Shown: in pieces, positions 47,699 to 56,737 of the stretch | Position numbering within the stretch: position 1 is the first letter of the stretch | Layout: the number at the start of each line of letters is the position of its first letter | Sequence record: NC_028957.1 | Source of the DNA: Escherichia phage vB_EcoM_VR26 | DNA length: 64,000 nt | Strand: one strand, 5' to 3' | Position numbers and translations under genes: made by a program | Notes under the pieces: generated by a model | What the model was told of the DNA's origin: nothing | Databases searched by the model: none | Seen by the model: only the letters and a program-made list of their open reading frames with translations

Positions 47699-48501
47699 TA
47701 TTCGCCTCTTTCATAGTCTTCAATAAATTGCATAATTAAACGTTGATAGTTAGATTTACGGTATCCTAATTTACTAATATGAGTACCAAAAGCTCCACGC
47801 TTAGGCCTATTTAATTTAACCCATAAAGAATAAAGCAAATCATAATCTTGCCAATGTTTTCCTATTCTTTGCTTTGCTTTAGAAGCGTCGGACTGCCTCT
47901 TTTTAGTCTCTGGATTATTTAGAGATTTCTTAACAGCATTTGAATGTCTTTCTCTAACACCCGGGCGTTTAAATGCTTCTTTAACAGATTTAGAAATTTT
48001 CTCTTTAACTTCAGGACGGTTTTGAGCTTCTATTTGAGCCGCCGACATTTTATCTTTTATTTCGGATAGACTCATAGTTATAGAACGTTTATTTCTATAC
48101 TCTTTGGTCTTCCATAGTTCTTTCATCGTATTTGAATGAATTTCTGAAAATTTTTCTCTAACTAATTGGTAGCCCCTAGAAGTTAGTTTAAGATTTCTTC
48201 CTAGAGAATCCTCGCCGAAGTTATAAAATGACCACCAGGCATAAATTAATCCAGAAGAATCAGAATGAATTCTGGCTAGAAGCCAGTGTGCTATAAAATG
48301 TTCTCTGGCCGTCAGCAGAACTAAATTATTAGGTTCATCACTCCCACCAATACATGATGGGAGTATATGATGGGACTCTGTATAAAAATTTAATTTGGAT
48401 TTGTCTAATCCTCTGAATTTACCTCTTTGGATTAGACTATCATAAAGCTTTGTATAATTCATTATTATTTTGTTTTGTCCTCGAAGTGAATTACCGGACA
48501 C
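47698..48501 (-). CDS. HNH homing endonuclease (Mob-like)
   Basis: 267 aa; HNH core ESHHILPSCIGGSDEPNNLVLLTAREHFIAH; repeated basic C-terminal modules; AT-rich. Confidence 0.7.
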   Translation of the reverse strand: MSGNSLRGQNKIIMNYTKLYDSLIQRGKFRGLDKSKLNFYTESHHILPSCIGGSDEPNNLVLLTAREHFIAHWLLARIHSDSSGLIYAWWSFYNFGEDSLGRNLKLTSRGYQLVREKFSEIHSNTMKELWKTKEYRNKRSITMSLSEIKDKMSAAQIEAQNRPEVKEKISKSVKEAFKRPGVRERHSNAVKKSLNNPETKKRQSDASKAKQRIGKHWQDYDLLYSLWVKLNRPKRGAFGTHISKLGYRKSNYQRLIMQFIEDYERGE

Positions 48502-48920
48502 ATCTTAGATTTACGAGCTTTAATGTATTGGACGACAAGGTTTTCTTTAATTTCCTTTCCTTCACGCTCAGCTTTAATTCGTTTCCATTCTTTTTCTTCT
48601 TTATGTAAATCGTACCAGGTCCATAAATTCATTAGACCATACATTAAACCAAATGCTACCGCCAGAATAAGAGCCAGTGTAGATAGCCCCAAAATAAAAC
48701 CTAACCCCAAACCAACAGGAGTACTTAATACAAAGAACTGCTCCAATACACCAGCACCTGCAACAGTTAAGGCGAAAATAGTACTACCTGCAACCACAGA
48801 AAAAACAAAACAGGCCCATACAATTTTCCAGAAGTAAGCACACAATGAGTGTGGTCGAGAATGACGGTCATAAAAACGGTCGTGTAATTTAGCGTGCCAA
48901 GCGTTTGTATTGATAATCAT
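48465..48920 (-). CDS. membrane protein
   Basis: 151 aa with hydrophobic segments and charged C-terminal tail. Confidence 0.45.
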   Translation of the reverse strand: MIINTNAWHAKLHDRFYDRHSRPHSLCAYFWKIVWACFVFSVVAGSTIFALTVAGAGVLEQFFVLSTPVGLGLGFILGLSTLALILAVAFGLMYGLMNLWTWYDLHKEEKEWKRIKAEREGKEIKENLVVQYIKARKSKMCPVIHFEDKTK

Positions 48921-48929
48921 AATAATTCC

Positions 48930-49484
48930 TTATGCGTTCATAGTTGGGATAACAGTGTTCAGGTATTTTACCAGAACTTTTAATTCGTCTTTAGCGAATA
49001 CTACTTCAGCTTCACCATCGTGGGTCTGGATGATAGATAACATATCGCGACCTTGATGTTGGCAGACACTGAATTCAGTATTATAATCACCTTCTTCATC
49101 ACCTTCAAAGGTTTCGCTTGAATGCATAATAGCATCACAACCAGGGATTTTCCACTCGAGCTCAGGTACGCACTCTTCTTGGAAGAGTTTAAAAATTTTC
49201 TCTAAAAATTCTGAACGGTTTTTAATGGATAAACAAGCCCATTCGGTTTCCAGATTAAAGCCATTTTCACCTCGATACAACCAAGCCACAACTTCATCGT
49301 TAATTTTAAAGACACGATTATTAGTTCGAATATACTGCTCTGCATCAATAACAGACAACTCGTACAGGTTCTGAATATCTTGAATGGTCAAAACGACTGT
49401 ATCATCTTCTTGTTTAAGCACGATTGCATTATCAATTACATCAGCAGTCAGGTCACCAAACAACCCAGATTTTTCAATAATCAT
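48930..49484 (-). CDS. hypothetical acidic protein
   Basis: 184-aa ORF. Confidence 0.45.
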   Translation of the reverse strand: MIIEKSGLFGDLTADVIDNAIVLKQEDDTVVLTIQDIQNLYELSVIDAEQYIRTNNRVFKINDEVVAWLYRGENGFNLETEWACLSIKNRSEFLEKIFKLFQEECVPELEWKIPGCDAIMHSSETFEGDEEGDYNTEFSVCQHQGRDMLSIIQTHDGEAEVVFAKDELKVLVKYLNTVIPTMNA

Positions 49485-49496
49485 TTTAATTTCCTC

Positions 49497-49787
49497 TTAA
49501 CGGTTATGTTTTAAAATACTATAAAGAGCTTCTACTTGGCTTGCATCCAGGTAAATAACATCATCATCTTGCTCAATGGAAATCCCACCGGTATTTCCTT
49601 CAACGAAATTACATTCACACACTTCAATTGTCCTGTACACATCACCAGTCGGATGCTCAGGTTCCAGAACAATAATACCATTTTCAGAATTACCACTAGG
49701 GTCATATAACATTACAGTTTCCTCGCTAACCATGAAAAGAATAAACCAATTAAAACAGGCCCTACAGCCATTATTAACCAAGCCCAA
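49497..49787 (-). CDS. hypothetical protein
   Basis: 96-aa ORF. Confidence 0.4.
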   Translation of the reverse strand: MGLVNNGCRACFNWFILFMVSEETVMLYDPSGNSENGIIVLEPEHPTGDVYRTIEVCECNFVEGNTGGISIEQDDDVIYLDASQVEALYSILKHNR

Positions 49788-49803
49788 GGTTCAAGATAGT
49801 AAA

Positions 49804-50061
49804 TCATCTCATGCTCCTGTGCCAACAGTTACGTGGCTCACGTTTAAAAACTTTATCATGCATTGATTGACAACCAACACAATATATCACACCTTTAATC
49901 GCTTGTCTCCGCGCTTCAGGAATTTTTTCGTCGCAGTCAAAACAGAATTCAGCAGACTCCCTTTCAACTGCAACCTGTGCTCTCGCATGGGTGATAGCGG
50001 CTTGTACAACCGCTTCCATCTCTAACTGTTCAGCGCCATCTTTTGCAAATCCAACAGCCAT
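49804..50061 (-). CDS. TraR/DksA-type C4 zinc-finger protein
   Basis: 85 aa; CFDC...(17)...CVGC four-Cys finger. Confidence 0.5.
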   Translation of the reverse strand: MAVGFAKDGAEQLEMEAVVQAAITHARAQVAVERESAEFCFDCDEKIPEARRQAIKGVIYCVGCQSMHDKVFKREPRNCWHRSMR

Positions 50062-50243
50062 TATGCTTTCAACTCGTTTAGATAAGCGACTAATTTTTCT
50101 TTAGAACCATTTAAATCACGTTTGCACTGCTCTATCCCAGAATATGAATATCCTTCGCAATGTTCAACAGCTAGTTCATATGAGTCAATTTCAATATCGC
50201 GAGCGAGTTTAATAATTTTTTCAATTTGTTCTAAAGTAATCAT
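50061..50243 (-). CDS. hypothetical small protein
   Basis: 60-aa ORF. Confidence 0.35.
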   Translation of the reverse strand: MITLEQIEKIIKLARDIEIDSYELAVEHCEGYSYSGIEQCKRDLNGSKEKLVAYLNELKA

Positions 50244-50246
50244 ATG

Positions 50247-50483
50247 TCACCAGTATTTGTTAATGGTAGAAATTAATTCTTGGACTTGAGTATTTTTCAG
50301 TTTACACCCGCAACTTTTTAATGTTTCTTTAAAAAGCTCAACATCTTTAAGCTGTTCCTTTTCCAGGCGGATTCTGTATCCCCTGTAATCAGCAAATATA
50401 CTTCTGTCATCAAATATCTTAATTTCAAGAATATGATTGTTGGTTTCATATTCCAATGAAACCATAGTATTTGTAAGTTTCAT
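50247..50483 (-). CDS. hypothetical small protein
   Basis: 78-aa ORF. Confidence 0.4.
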   Translation of the reverse strand: MKLTNTMVSLEYETNNHILEIKIFDDRSIFADYRGYRIRLEKEQLKDVELFKETLKSCGCKLKNTQVQELISTINKYW

Positions 50484-50686
50484 TATTCCACCACATATGA
50501 TAATGAGAAAATTGCTGATGAAAGATGAGTGGCATCTTCTTCACACAGTTCAAATGGAGCTTTCTGCAAGAGCTCAACCACTTCTTCATCAGTGGCACTG
50601 TCCATAAAGATTGCATAATCATTAAGATAGATAACAACCTCATCACCAGTATTAACTGCATCAATCTTGATGTTCTTAATTCTCAT
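50483..50686 (-). CDS. hypothetical small protein
   Basis: True ATG at 50684-50686 (MRIKNIK) after leader; track GTG start at 50767 reads through the promoter. Confidence 0.45.
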   Translation of the reverse strand: MRIKNIKIDAVNTGDEVVIYLNDYAIFMDSATDEEVVELLQKAPFELCEEDATHLSSAIFSLSYVVE

Positions 50687-50754
50687 TGTATTCTCCTCAG
50701 TAGTTGATGGGATAATAGTACACCCTTTTGATGAGGATGTAAACCCCCTAAATG

Positions 50755-50784
50755 AAAAAAGGTCCACCCGAAGGCAGACCTTTT
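50755..50784 (-). terminator. rho-independent terminator
   Basis: ggtc...cgaa...gacc imperfect hairpin plus A6 run, directly after stop of 50788..51171. Confidence 0.5.
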
Positions 50785-50787
50785 GAA

Positions 50788-51171
50788 TTACTCTAATGTT
50801 AACAGGTACTTGGTTTGAAAGAAAACGCCAACGATATCGTCCAGAGTCGATTGAATAGCCTTTGGTACAACTTTATAGACTCTTTCAGAGCTTTTAATCA
50901 TTTCATCTAAAAACAAAATTGTATCTTTCGGCAAGTCCGAGGCGGACGGTAATGCAGCTTTGTATTGTTTCCCGCTGTAACCTAACCATTGTTCACTGAA
51001 CTGGTCGAGTGGACCTTGGATTTCTGTGAAGTAGAAATCATAAGCTTTATGGCGGGCATAACTTTTGGTTTCAAGATGGGCAGATTTAAAATAAGCCAAA
51101 GAGACTAATAGCCACCCAATGTATGAATCCACCTCAGACCCACGACCTGTTACGAAATCATCGAATTTCAT
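50788..51171 (-). CDS. hypothetical protein
   Basis: 127-aa ORF followed by terminator hairpin. Confidence 0.45.
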   Translation of the reverse strand: MKFDDFVTGRGSEVDSYIGWLLVSLAYFKSAHLETKSYARHKAYDFYFTEIQGPLDQFSEQWLGYSGKQYKAALPSASDLPKDTILFLDEMIKSSERVYKVVPKAIQSTLDDIVGVFFQTKYLLTLE

Positions 51172-51502
51172 CTTCCAATTTTACCTTCATTAATTTAGCG
51201 TATTCGACTGCAGCAGCCCGGCCATCAATTTGACATGTGATTTCATTTACACATTGACTCTTATTGTTCCATTCAGTTTTAATAAAAGCCCAAAATTGTT
51301 CGGACTGCTCGACGCTGGGTTCTTTGAATTGCGAATAGATTTGCATCGCACTATCTGCGTACTGGGTAAATTTACCATCTGTAGCAGAGGACAGATTTGG
51401 GCCTAAACAGCCCATTAGTAATAGACTTAGAGAAAGTCCTCGAATAAGGTCCATAAAGGACTCCTTATTGTTGGTCATGATTACGCTTTGCAGCCTTAAC
51501 AT
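51158..51502 (-). CDS. putative secreted protein or lipoprotein
   Basis: 114 aa; hydrophobic N-terminal segment LSLLLMGCLG. Confidence 0.4.
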   Translation of the reverse strand: MLRLQSVIMTNNKESFMDLIRGLSLSLLLMGCLGPNLSSATDGKFTQYADSAMQIYSQFKEPSVEQSEQFWAFIKTEWNNKSQCVNEITCQIDGRAAAVEYAKLMKVKLEDEIR

Positions 51503-51528
51503 AGCGGAATACTAGTTAGTATCTGTAT

Positions 51529-51804
51529 TTATAATCTTTTAAACTTGAAACAATATATTGCAAATAAATCAGAAAAATGTCTATCAACCCATATTCTTTG
51601 CACTGGACTAGTAACAGTCAGCATATAATGTGCTTTTTGTAAATTTATTCCATTTTTATTCGGGCATTCTTTATTAACAGAATGGTACGTGCTTGCTACT
51701 ATTTCAATTTCCCTTTCATATCTCTCGCTATCTGTTTGCGTGGGGATAAATGCAATTCCAGCAATAACAAAAATAGAGATATAAGTCCAAATCTTATATA
51801 TCAT
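51529..51804 (-). CDS. small membrane protein
   Basis: 91 aa with N-terminal hydrophobic segment. Confidence 0.4.
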   Translation of the reverse strand: MIYKIWTYISIFVIAGIAFIPTQTDSERYEREIEIVASTYHSVNKECPNKNGINLQKAHYMLTVTSPVQRIWVDRHFSDLFAIYCFKFKRL

Positions 51805-51811
51805 AAGGACC

Positions 51812-52384
51812 TCAGCTTGTCAATTCGAGCCAATGTTTCCTGCATAAAGATACGTACGATTCATTCCCACCGACTAACACTTGCTCGCCGTCCTTTACAG
51901 CAGCACCGTCGATTACTCGAGCGGTCATGGTTGCTTTCCGGCCGCAATGGCAGACGCCCTTTAATTCAACCAGTTTATCCGAAATAGCCAGAAGTCTGGC
52001 TGAACCGGGAAATAATTGACCCCGAAAATCTGTTCTTAACCCGTAACACATAACGGGGATATTGTAATTATCAACCACTCGTGCTAACTGGTCAATTTGC
52101 TCTGGTAACAAAAATTGAGCTTCATCAACCAGGACACAATGGATATCCTTTTGAGACTCGGCCCATTTATAGAATTCAAACAGGTTCATGTCGGCCGTTA
52201 CCAGGTTTGCTTCCTGGCTAATACCAATACGTGATTTAATTTCAGATTCCGAGTCCCGATTATCAATAACAGGTTTTAGCAAAAGCACACTCATTCCACG
52301 CTCTTTATAGGAATAAGCTGCAGTCAGCAATGAAGCTGTTTTGCCTGCATTCATTGCTGCGTAATGATAAATTAAACTCGCCAT
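51812..52384 (-). CDS. tk: thymidine kinase
   Basis: 190 aa; P-loop AAMNAGKT and C-terminal zinc ribbon CHCG...C..H. Confidence 0.9.
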   Translation of the reverse strand: MASLIYHYAAMNAGKTASLLTAAYSYKERGMSVLLLKPVIDNRDSESEIKSRIGISQEANLVTADMNLFEFYKWAESQKDIHCVLVDEAQFLLPEQIDQLARVVDNYNIPVMCYGLRTDFRGQLFPGSARLLAISDKLVELKGVCHCGRKATMTARVIDGAAVKDGEQVLVGGNESYVSLCRKHWLELTS

Positions 52385-52393
52385 ATCACCTTC

Positions 52394-52597
52394 TTAAAGA
52401 GTATTCACATAAGCAATTAATTCGTTTTCTTTCTCATCAAACTGTTCAGCGATTTTTTCGTAATCTTCGGCGCTCACAGGACCCCATTCATCGTATGATT
52501 GCATTCCAGAATTCTCTTCTAGAAGCTCATGGATAAGCTCAAACAATTTATCTTTTTGTTCTTTACTTAGGCTCATAACCATTGCACCTTTAAACAA
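52394..52597 (-). CDS. hypothetical acidic small protein
   Basis: 67-aa ORF. Confidence 0.4.
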   Translation of the reverse strand: MFKGAMVMSLSKEQKDKLFELIHELLEENSGMQSYDEWGPVSAEDYEKIAEQFDEKENELIAYVNTL

Positions 52598-52791
52598 TAT
52601 TCATCTACGTGTTGGACACGTTTGTTTTTGTCAATAAAAGTATATTCAACATACTCGCCGATATACCACTTATCTACATTGTGCGGACTTTTTATAGGAC
52701 ACTTGGTTGCCCGTGTTTCGGACCAGTGTCGAATAATTGTAGCTTTGTTTTTAGGGTCAAATGGGTGTGGATAATGTGCTTTCATAATCAA
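52573..52791 (-). CDS. hypothetical small protein
   Basis: 72-aa ORF. Confidence 0.4.
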   Translation of the reverse strand: MIMKAHYPHPFDPKNKATIIRHWSETRATKCPIKSPHNVDKWYIGEYVEYTFIDKNKRVQHVDEYCLKVQWL

Positions 52792-53236
52792 CTACCACCA
52801 AATCAATATCAGGAGTAAACATATCAATTAACCGGGAAACCTTATCCCAATCACCACCTGCAATACCACATCCAATCCTGGGAATATAAATCACAGGCTT
52901 GAACAAAAGGGATTCTGCTTGTCGATTTAATTCTATCATACAATTTACTAAAGCGCCATAATCCAGATTTGGACCCGGTTCATACTGGGTATAAAGGTTA
53001 TAGCACATACCAAATCCAGTTGGCTTATGTTTAAAAACGATAGACATATCACCGAGTTTTTCTCGGGAACCGTATTCAGTTGATGTTTTATCCATTTCTA
53101 AAATTTTTGGGTAAGCCTTTGCCAGTTGGCCAGCAACGCCTGACCCCATTGTATGGAAACAATTACAGCCATGAGCTATGATGTTTCCTTCAAGAAAGAG
53201 GGCGACAATATCGCCCTTAATATAGTTAACAATCAT
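52757..53236 (-). CDS. macro-domain protein (ADP-ribose binding/processing fold)
   Basis: 159 aa; glycine-rich motifs HGCNCFHTMGSGVAGQL and IGCGIAGGDW typical of macro domains. Confidence 0.55.
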   Translation of the reverse strand: MIVNYIKGDIVALFLEGNIIAHGCNCFHTMGSGVAGQLAKAYPKILEMDKTSTEYGSREKLGDMSIVFKHKPTGFGMCYNLYTQYEPGPNLDYGALVNCMIELNRQAESLLFKPVIYIPRIGCGIAGGDWDKVSRLIDMFTPDIDLVVVDYESTLSTPI

Positions 53237-53592
53237 TTAGAGTTCAATCCTCTGTTATAGGAATCGACTAACCTGTCAACCATACTGGTGCAGGCCGCTT
53301 TATATTTGGCACTCGACAGAATACAATCCATTTCAAATAGTTTCTTTTCATATTTGTTGGATAAAATACTCTTTTTCATAAGAGTGTGTTCAACATCATT
53401 TTGACCGTCTTTATATGCAGCAGTGAGTTTGGCACTGAACTGGATTACACAATCCACATTGCTTGATGCGCAATAATCTTTGGCCGTCCTCGTTGCATAT
53501 TCTATGATGCTATTATTATCATCGCTCTGTACTGAAGCTATTCCTCCCGTGCTGAATACTAACCCTATGGCTAAAGTTATGACTCTTACCAT
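53233..53592 (-). CDS. putative secreted protein
   Basis: 119 aa; N-terminal signal-like segment. Confidence 0.4.
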   Translation of the reverse strand: MVRVITLAIGLVFSTGGIASVQSDDNNSIIEYATRTAKDYCASSNVDCVIQFSAKLTAAYKDGQNDVEHTLMKKSILSNKYEKKLFEMDCILSSAKYKAACTSMVDRLVDSYNRGLNSK

Positions 53593-54135
53593 TTAATCCA
53601 CCGTTTTTAATAGGCCTCGTGATTTTAAGTAGTTAGCTTTTTCTAGGACTTGCGAAGCATACGTATTTCCAGCTTTCACATTCCACCCTGCGTTATATGA
53701 TGATAGTGTTTTTCTTATGTCCCCCTTGTGGATGTTCAACCAGTATGAAAGCTCAATATAAGCCCAGCGTGCACTGTTCTCTCTCTTGCTTATCATCTTG
53801 ATTATTTCTTTATCTGTCATTGTCCACCCAACCTGTTTTACGCGCTCGCGCACGGTTGGAAGATAATTTTGGAATATACCATATGCATGATGCTTATCTT
53901 TATTTAATCCTGTATTAACGCCAGCAGATGATTCCTGCCAGGTTAAACCAGCCATGATATATCCCAAACCATTATGTTGGTGCGGATTTTCTTTGTACTT
54001 ACCATTTTTCTGGAACTGTTCTCCAAACGCATAAGCATATTGGAGGTTCTCCATTTGTTCATTACTGAAAGTAGGCTCTACGCTATGGGCAGACATACTA
54101 ACTGTCAATAGTAAAGTGGCTATTACTTTTTTCAT
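53593..54135 (-). CDS. periplasmic lytic transglycosylase-like protein
   Basis: 180 aa; signal peptide; ES...GIFQ...YNAG motif order typical of Slt-type domains. Confidence 0.55.
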   Translation of the reverse strand: MKKVIATLLLTVSMSAHSVEPTFSNEQMENLQYAYAFGEQFQKNGKYKENPHQHNGLGYIMAGLTWQESSAGVNTGLNKDKHHAYGIFQNYLPTVRERVKQVGWTMTDKEIIKMISKRENSARWAYIELSYWLNIHKGDIRKTLSSYNAGWNVKAGNTYASQVLEKANYLKSRGLLKTVD

Positions 54136-54145
54136 GAATTCCCCA

Positions 54146-54604
54146 TTAGATATAAATCACTTTTGTGCTAATTTTTCCTTCCAGACGATTAGAGTTAACA
54201 AACGCCATACGACAACACATGGTTGGAGACTTCCCAGGAAGAGCTGGGTTAACTGTCATTCCTAACCATAAGTTCTTGTCTGTGATTTCCAGACGAAGTG
54301 GACGGTAGTTCACATTCGGGTCAATTTGTGCTTCAACTTCCGGGAGTGGTTTCATCTCCAGGAATTCAACAATTTCTTTTACATGTGGTGTGATTTTTCC
54401 AAACAAGTCAAAAACATATTGTTCGTCAATTTCACGTTGGATTGCACGGTCCAACAGGTGTGGACTGTACTTAATGAAGAATGCTTCAAGGCCTGCTTCT
54501 TTACAAGCCTTGTTGATAGCATTATTAATTTTGAGGAACTCCGTTTCAAAAATACGACGAAGTTTATTGCGGCGAATGTAAACACTTGAATCGATAGTAG
54601 TCAT
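54146..54604 (-). CDS. regB: endoribonuclease RegB
   Basis: True ATG at 54602-54604 (MTTIDSSVYIRRNKLRR) with AAGGAGA SD; collinear with recalled T4 RegB. Confidence 0.85.
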   Translation of the reverse strand: MTTIDSSVYIRRNKLRRIFETEFLKINNAINKACKEAGLEAFFIKYSPHLLDRAIQREIDEQYVFDLFGKITPHVKEIVEFLEMKPLPEVEAQIDPNVNYRPLRLEITDKNLWLGMTVNPALPGKSPTMCCRMAFVNSNRLEGKISTKVIYI

Positions 54605-54631
54605 GATTATCTCCTTTTGTTTGATGGGATA

Positions 54632-54660
54632 ATCATAACTCATTTCAACCTGCTTGTACA
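54632..54660 (-). promoter_or_regulatory. early promoter upstream of regB
   Basis: TGTACA 54655-54660, 17-nt spacer, TATGAT -10; leader with AAGGAGA SD. Confidence 0.45.
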
Positions 54661-55008
54661 CTATTCTTTAAAACGAATTAGCTTATTTAATGACTGTGAG
54701 ACTTCAGCACGAACAGCGTGTAAATTCTTAAGCTGTTCAAGGCGTTGCTCGTAGTAAGCAATTTCATCTTCTTCAAGACAGTCGTTTGAATCTTCTTTAA
54801 GATAGTTCCCGTAGTCCTGAAAGGCCTTACGAATAACTTCCTGGAAATCGTCTAGACTTTGAATTTTTGGCTGTTTCGGTGTGAATCCAAACGGATTGGA
54901 ATCATTTATGCGGCGATGAGAAGCGGTTGATAACTCATAACCAAAACCAGAATTAATCTGCGCCATTAGTATTTTTCCTCGGATCGAAATACTGCACGAC
55001 ATGCCCAC
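54661..55008 (-). CDS. hypothetical protein
   Basis: 115-aa ORF. Confidence 0.4.
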   Translation of the reverse strand: MGMSCSISIRGKILMAQINSGFGYELSTASHRRINDSNPFGFTPKQPKIQSLDDFQEVIRKAFQDYGNYLKEDSNDCLEEDEIAYYEQRLEQLKNLHAVRAEVSQSLNKLIRFKE

Positions 55009-55286
55009 ATGCTGGCTTCTTTTAGATGTTGCTTAGCATACTTAAGAGCCTGCACTGCATCCATATCTTCTTTGGTTTGTTGCTCTGTTTCATTTTCTTT
55101 CAAGATATATGCTTCTTCAATCAGAGCATCAAACATCAATCCAAGACGGACTTCTGCATCTTTAATAGCGTTCACTTTACCGATTTTATCGTCGGTGTGC
55201 GGCTTGTAACCTTTGATATCTTCAATCATTTCACTTCCTCGCCAGTTGCGATATCGTATTCTACCAAACGAAGGCCATCGGTCCAA
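54966..55286 (-). CDS. hypothetical protein
   Basis: 106-aa ORF; start uncertain. Confidence 0.35.
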   Translation of the reverse strand: MDRWPSFGRIRYRNWRGSEMIEDIKGYKPHTDDKIGKVNAIKDAEVRLGLMFDALIEEAYILKENETEQQTKEDMDAVQALKYAKQHLKEASMWACRAVFRSEEKY

Positions 55287-55459
55287 CCCTGAACGGAGAT
55301 ATAAGTGCTAGGATAAACCAGTTCTTTACCGTTCCACTGACCACCGTCCCAAACTTCCAGAAAGTCTTGTTCACCCGGACCATTAAACCATTCAACGAAT
55401 CTTTTCAAGGCTGCATCAGAGCCTTCAATCGTCAGTTTAGACATATTTTTTCCAGTCAC
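55226..55459 (-). CDS. hypothetical small protein
   Basis: 77-aa ORF. Confidence 0.35.
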   Translation of the reverse strand: MTGKNMSKLTIEGSDAALKRFVEWFNGPGEQDFLEVWDGGQWNGKELVYPSTYISVQGWTDGLRLVEYDIATGEEVK

Positions 55460-55733
55460 TAATTAATCGCACATCCTGGTCATACGTCAGGAGGCTACGA
55501 GTTATAATACCCTTACATGGTCCAGAAATAAATTCCAGAGTAAAGTAAGGAACCAACTTCATCAAGCGAATACTCGGAGCAGTGCAACGAAATCTGGACC
55601 CAATAAAAGGTCCAGACAAAAACACGTACTCAAAGAAATTTGCTTTATTAAAGATTTCAAAATTCTTTACGAAATCTTCAGACCTAACCTTTGGAATAAA
55701 ATAGATTTGGTCAAAAAGCTCTTCATGAGTCAT
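55437..55733 (-). CDS. hypothetical protein
   Basis: 98-aa ORF. Confidence 0.4.
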   Translation of the reverse strand: MTHEELFDQIYFIPKVRSEDFVKNFEIFNKANFFEYVFLSGPFIGSRFRCTAPSIRLMKLVPYFTLEFISGPCKGIITRSLLTYDQDVRLISDWKKYV

Positions 55734-56260
55734 TATTGCATTCCTATCACAAAGAATAGCGGTAAAGGCTTAGCGCCTTGACACATAAATTTATTCATCA
55801 TTACCTGATAAGCTTCATAGAACTTATCCATCGCTGGAAGTCGCATGGGCTCTTCGATAATAATCAATAATCGAGTAACAGATAATCCACGATACTTATG
55901 GAAGTTATCTTCGTCTAAAAATGAACGAACGGTATCATAGGCGATAAATCCAGGGCGTTCTACTTGAAGATGTGGTTGTGCCTTAGAAACCTGTTTTATT
56001 ACATTACAGATTTCTCGTGAGCGATGTGAAGAACTCGACATAACAATCACATCATTACCCTTAGAAACCCAATCTGCTGCAAACTGCGCAAGGGCACTTG
56101 TTTTACCTGTTTGACGACCACCGTCAAGTCGAAGAGTACCAAACTCTTGCATTCTTGAAGCAGGTTCATACCAGGTGTATTGGTCTGAATCTAAGCGTTC
56201 AATGGCGCGTTCAGCGAAGGCGTGCATTAAGGTTAGATAAATTGGAGTTAAAAATTTCAT
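55733..56260 (-). CDS. P-loop NTPase-like protein
   Basis: 175 aa; Walker A-like GGRQTGKTSAL; hydrophobic IIIEEP resembling Walker B. Confidence 0.45.
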   Translation of the reverse strand: MKFLTPIYLTLMHAFAERAIERLDSDQYTWYEPASRMQEFGTLRLDGGRQTGKTSALAQFAADWVSKGNDVIVMSSSSHRSREICNVIKQVSKAQPHLQVERPGFIAYDTVRSFLDEDNFHKYRGLSVTRLLIIIEEPMRLPAMDKFYEAYQVMMNKFMCQGAKPLPLFFVIGMQ

Positions 56261-56421
56261 AGTTGTCTCTTAGTTGTAGGGCCATTCCTTGGCACATTAA
56301 TTCGTCCATGTATCCGAATGTAAACCCCTTACCGCACTCGGGCTCGACCTTATTACAGGTAGGGAAAGGTCCATCACTCAGAGGACACGACGTTCATGAG
56401 GAGAGGGTCGGTTTGCCTTTA

Positions 56422-56724
56422 TTAAAAAGAACCAGAGCCTTTAATTGTGTTCTGGCGACCTTTATTTTCTACTTCAGAATGGTCGATTTCGTATGCTTGT
56501 GCTACGCCAAAGGCCTTTTTAACTTTAGCTAAAGAACCTTTAGATGTAACAATATTAAAAGTATTGCCTTTGGTAAAATCAACCAAATCCACTTGCACCC
56601 CTTGTTTACCGAGGCTTGCTACAATAGCATCAACATATTGTTGGTCTAAATTGCCTTGAACCCCAATTTGAAATGCTTTAGGAACTTTAGCAGATTCAGT
56701 AATAAATTCTTGATATGTTTTCAT
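56422..56724 (-). CDS. capsid internal protein (IP family)
   Basis: 100 aa; N-terminal capsid-targeting sequence MKTYQEFITES. Confidence 0.7.
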   Translation of the reverse strand: MKTYQEFITESAKVPKAFQIGVQGNLDQQYVDAIVASLGKQGVQVDLVDFTKGNTFNIVTSKGSLAKVKKAFGVAQAYEIDHSEVENKGRQNTIKGSGSF

Positions 56725-56737
56725 ATTGTTTCTTTAA

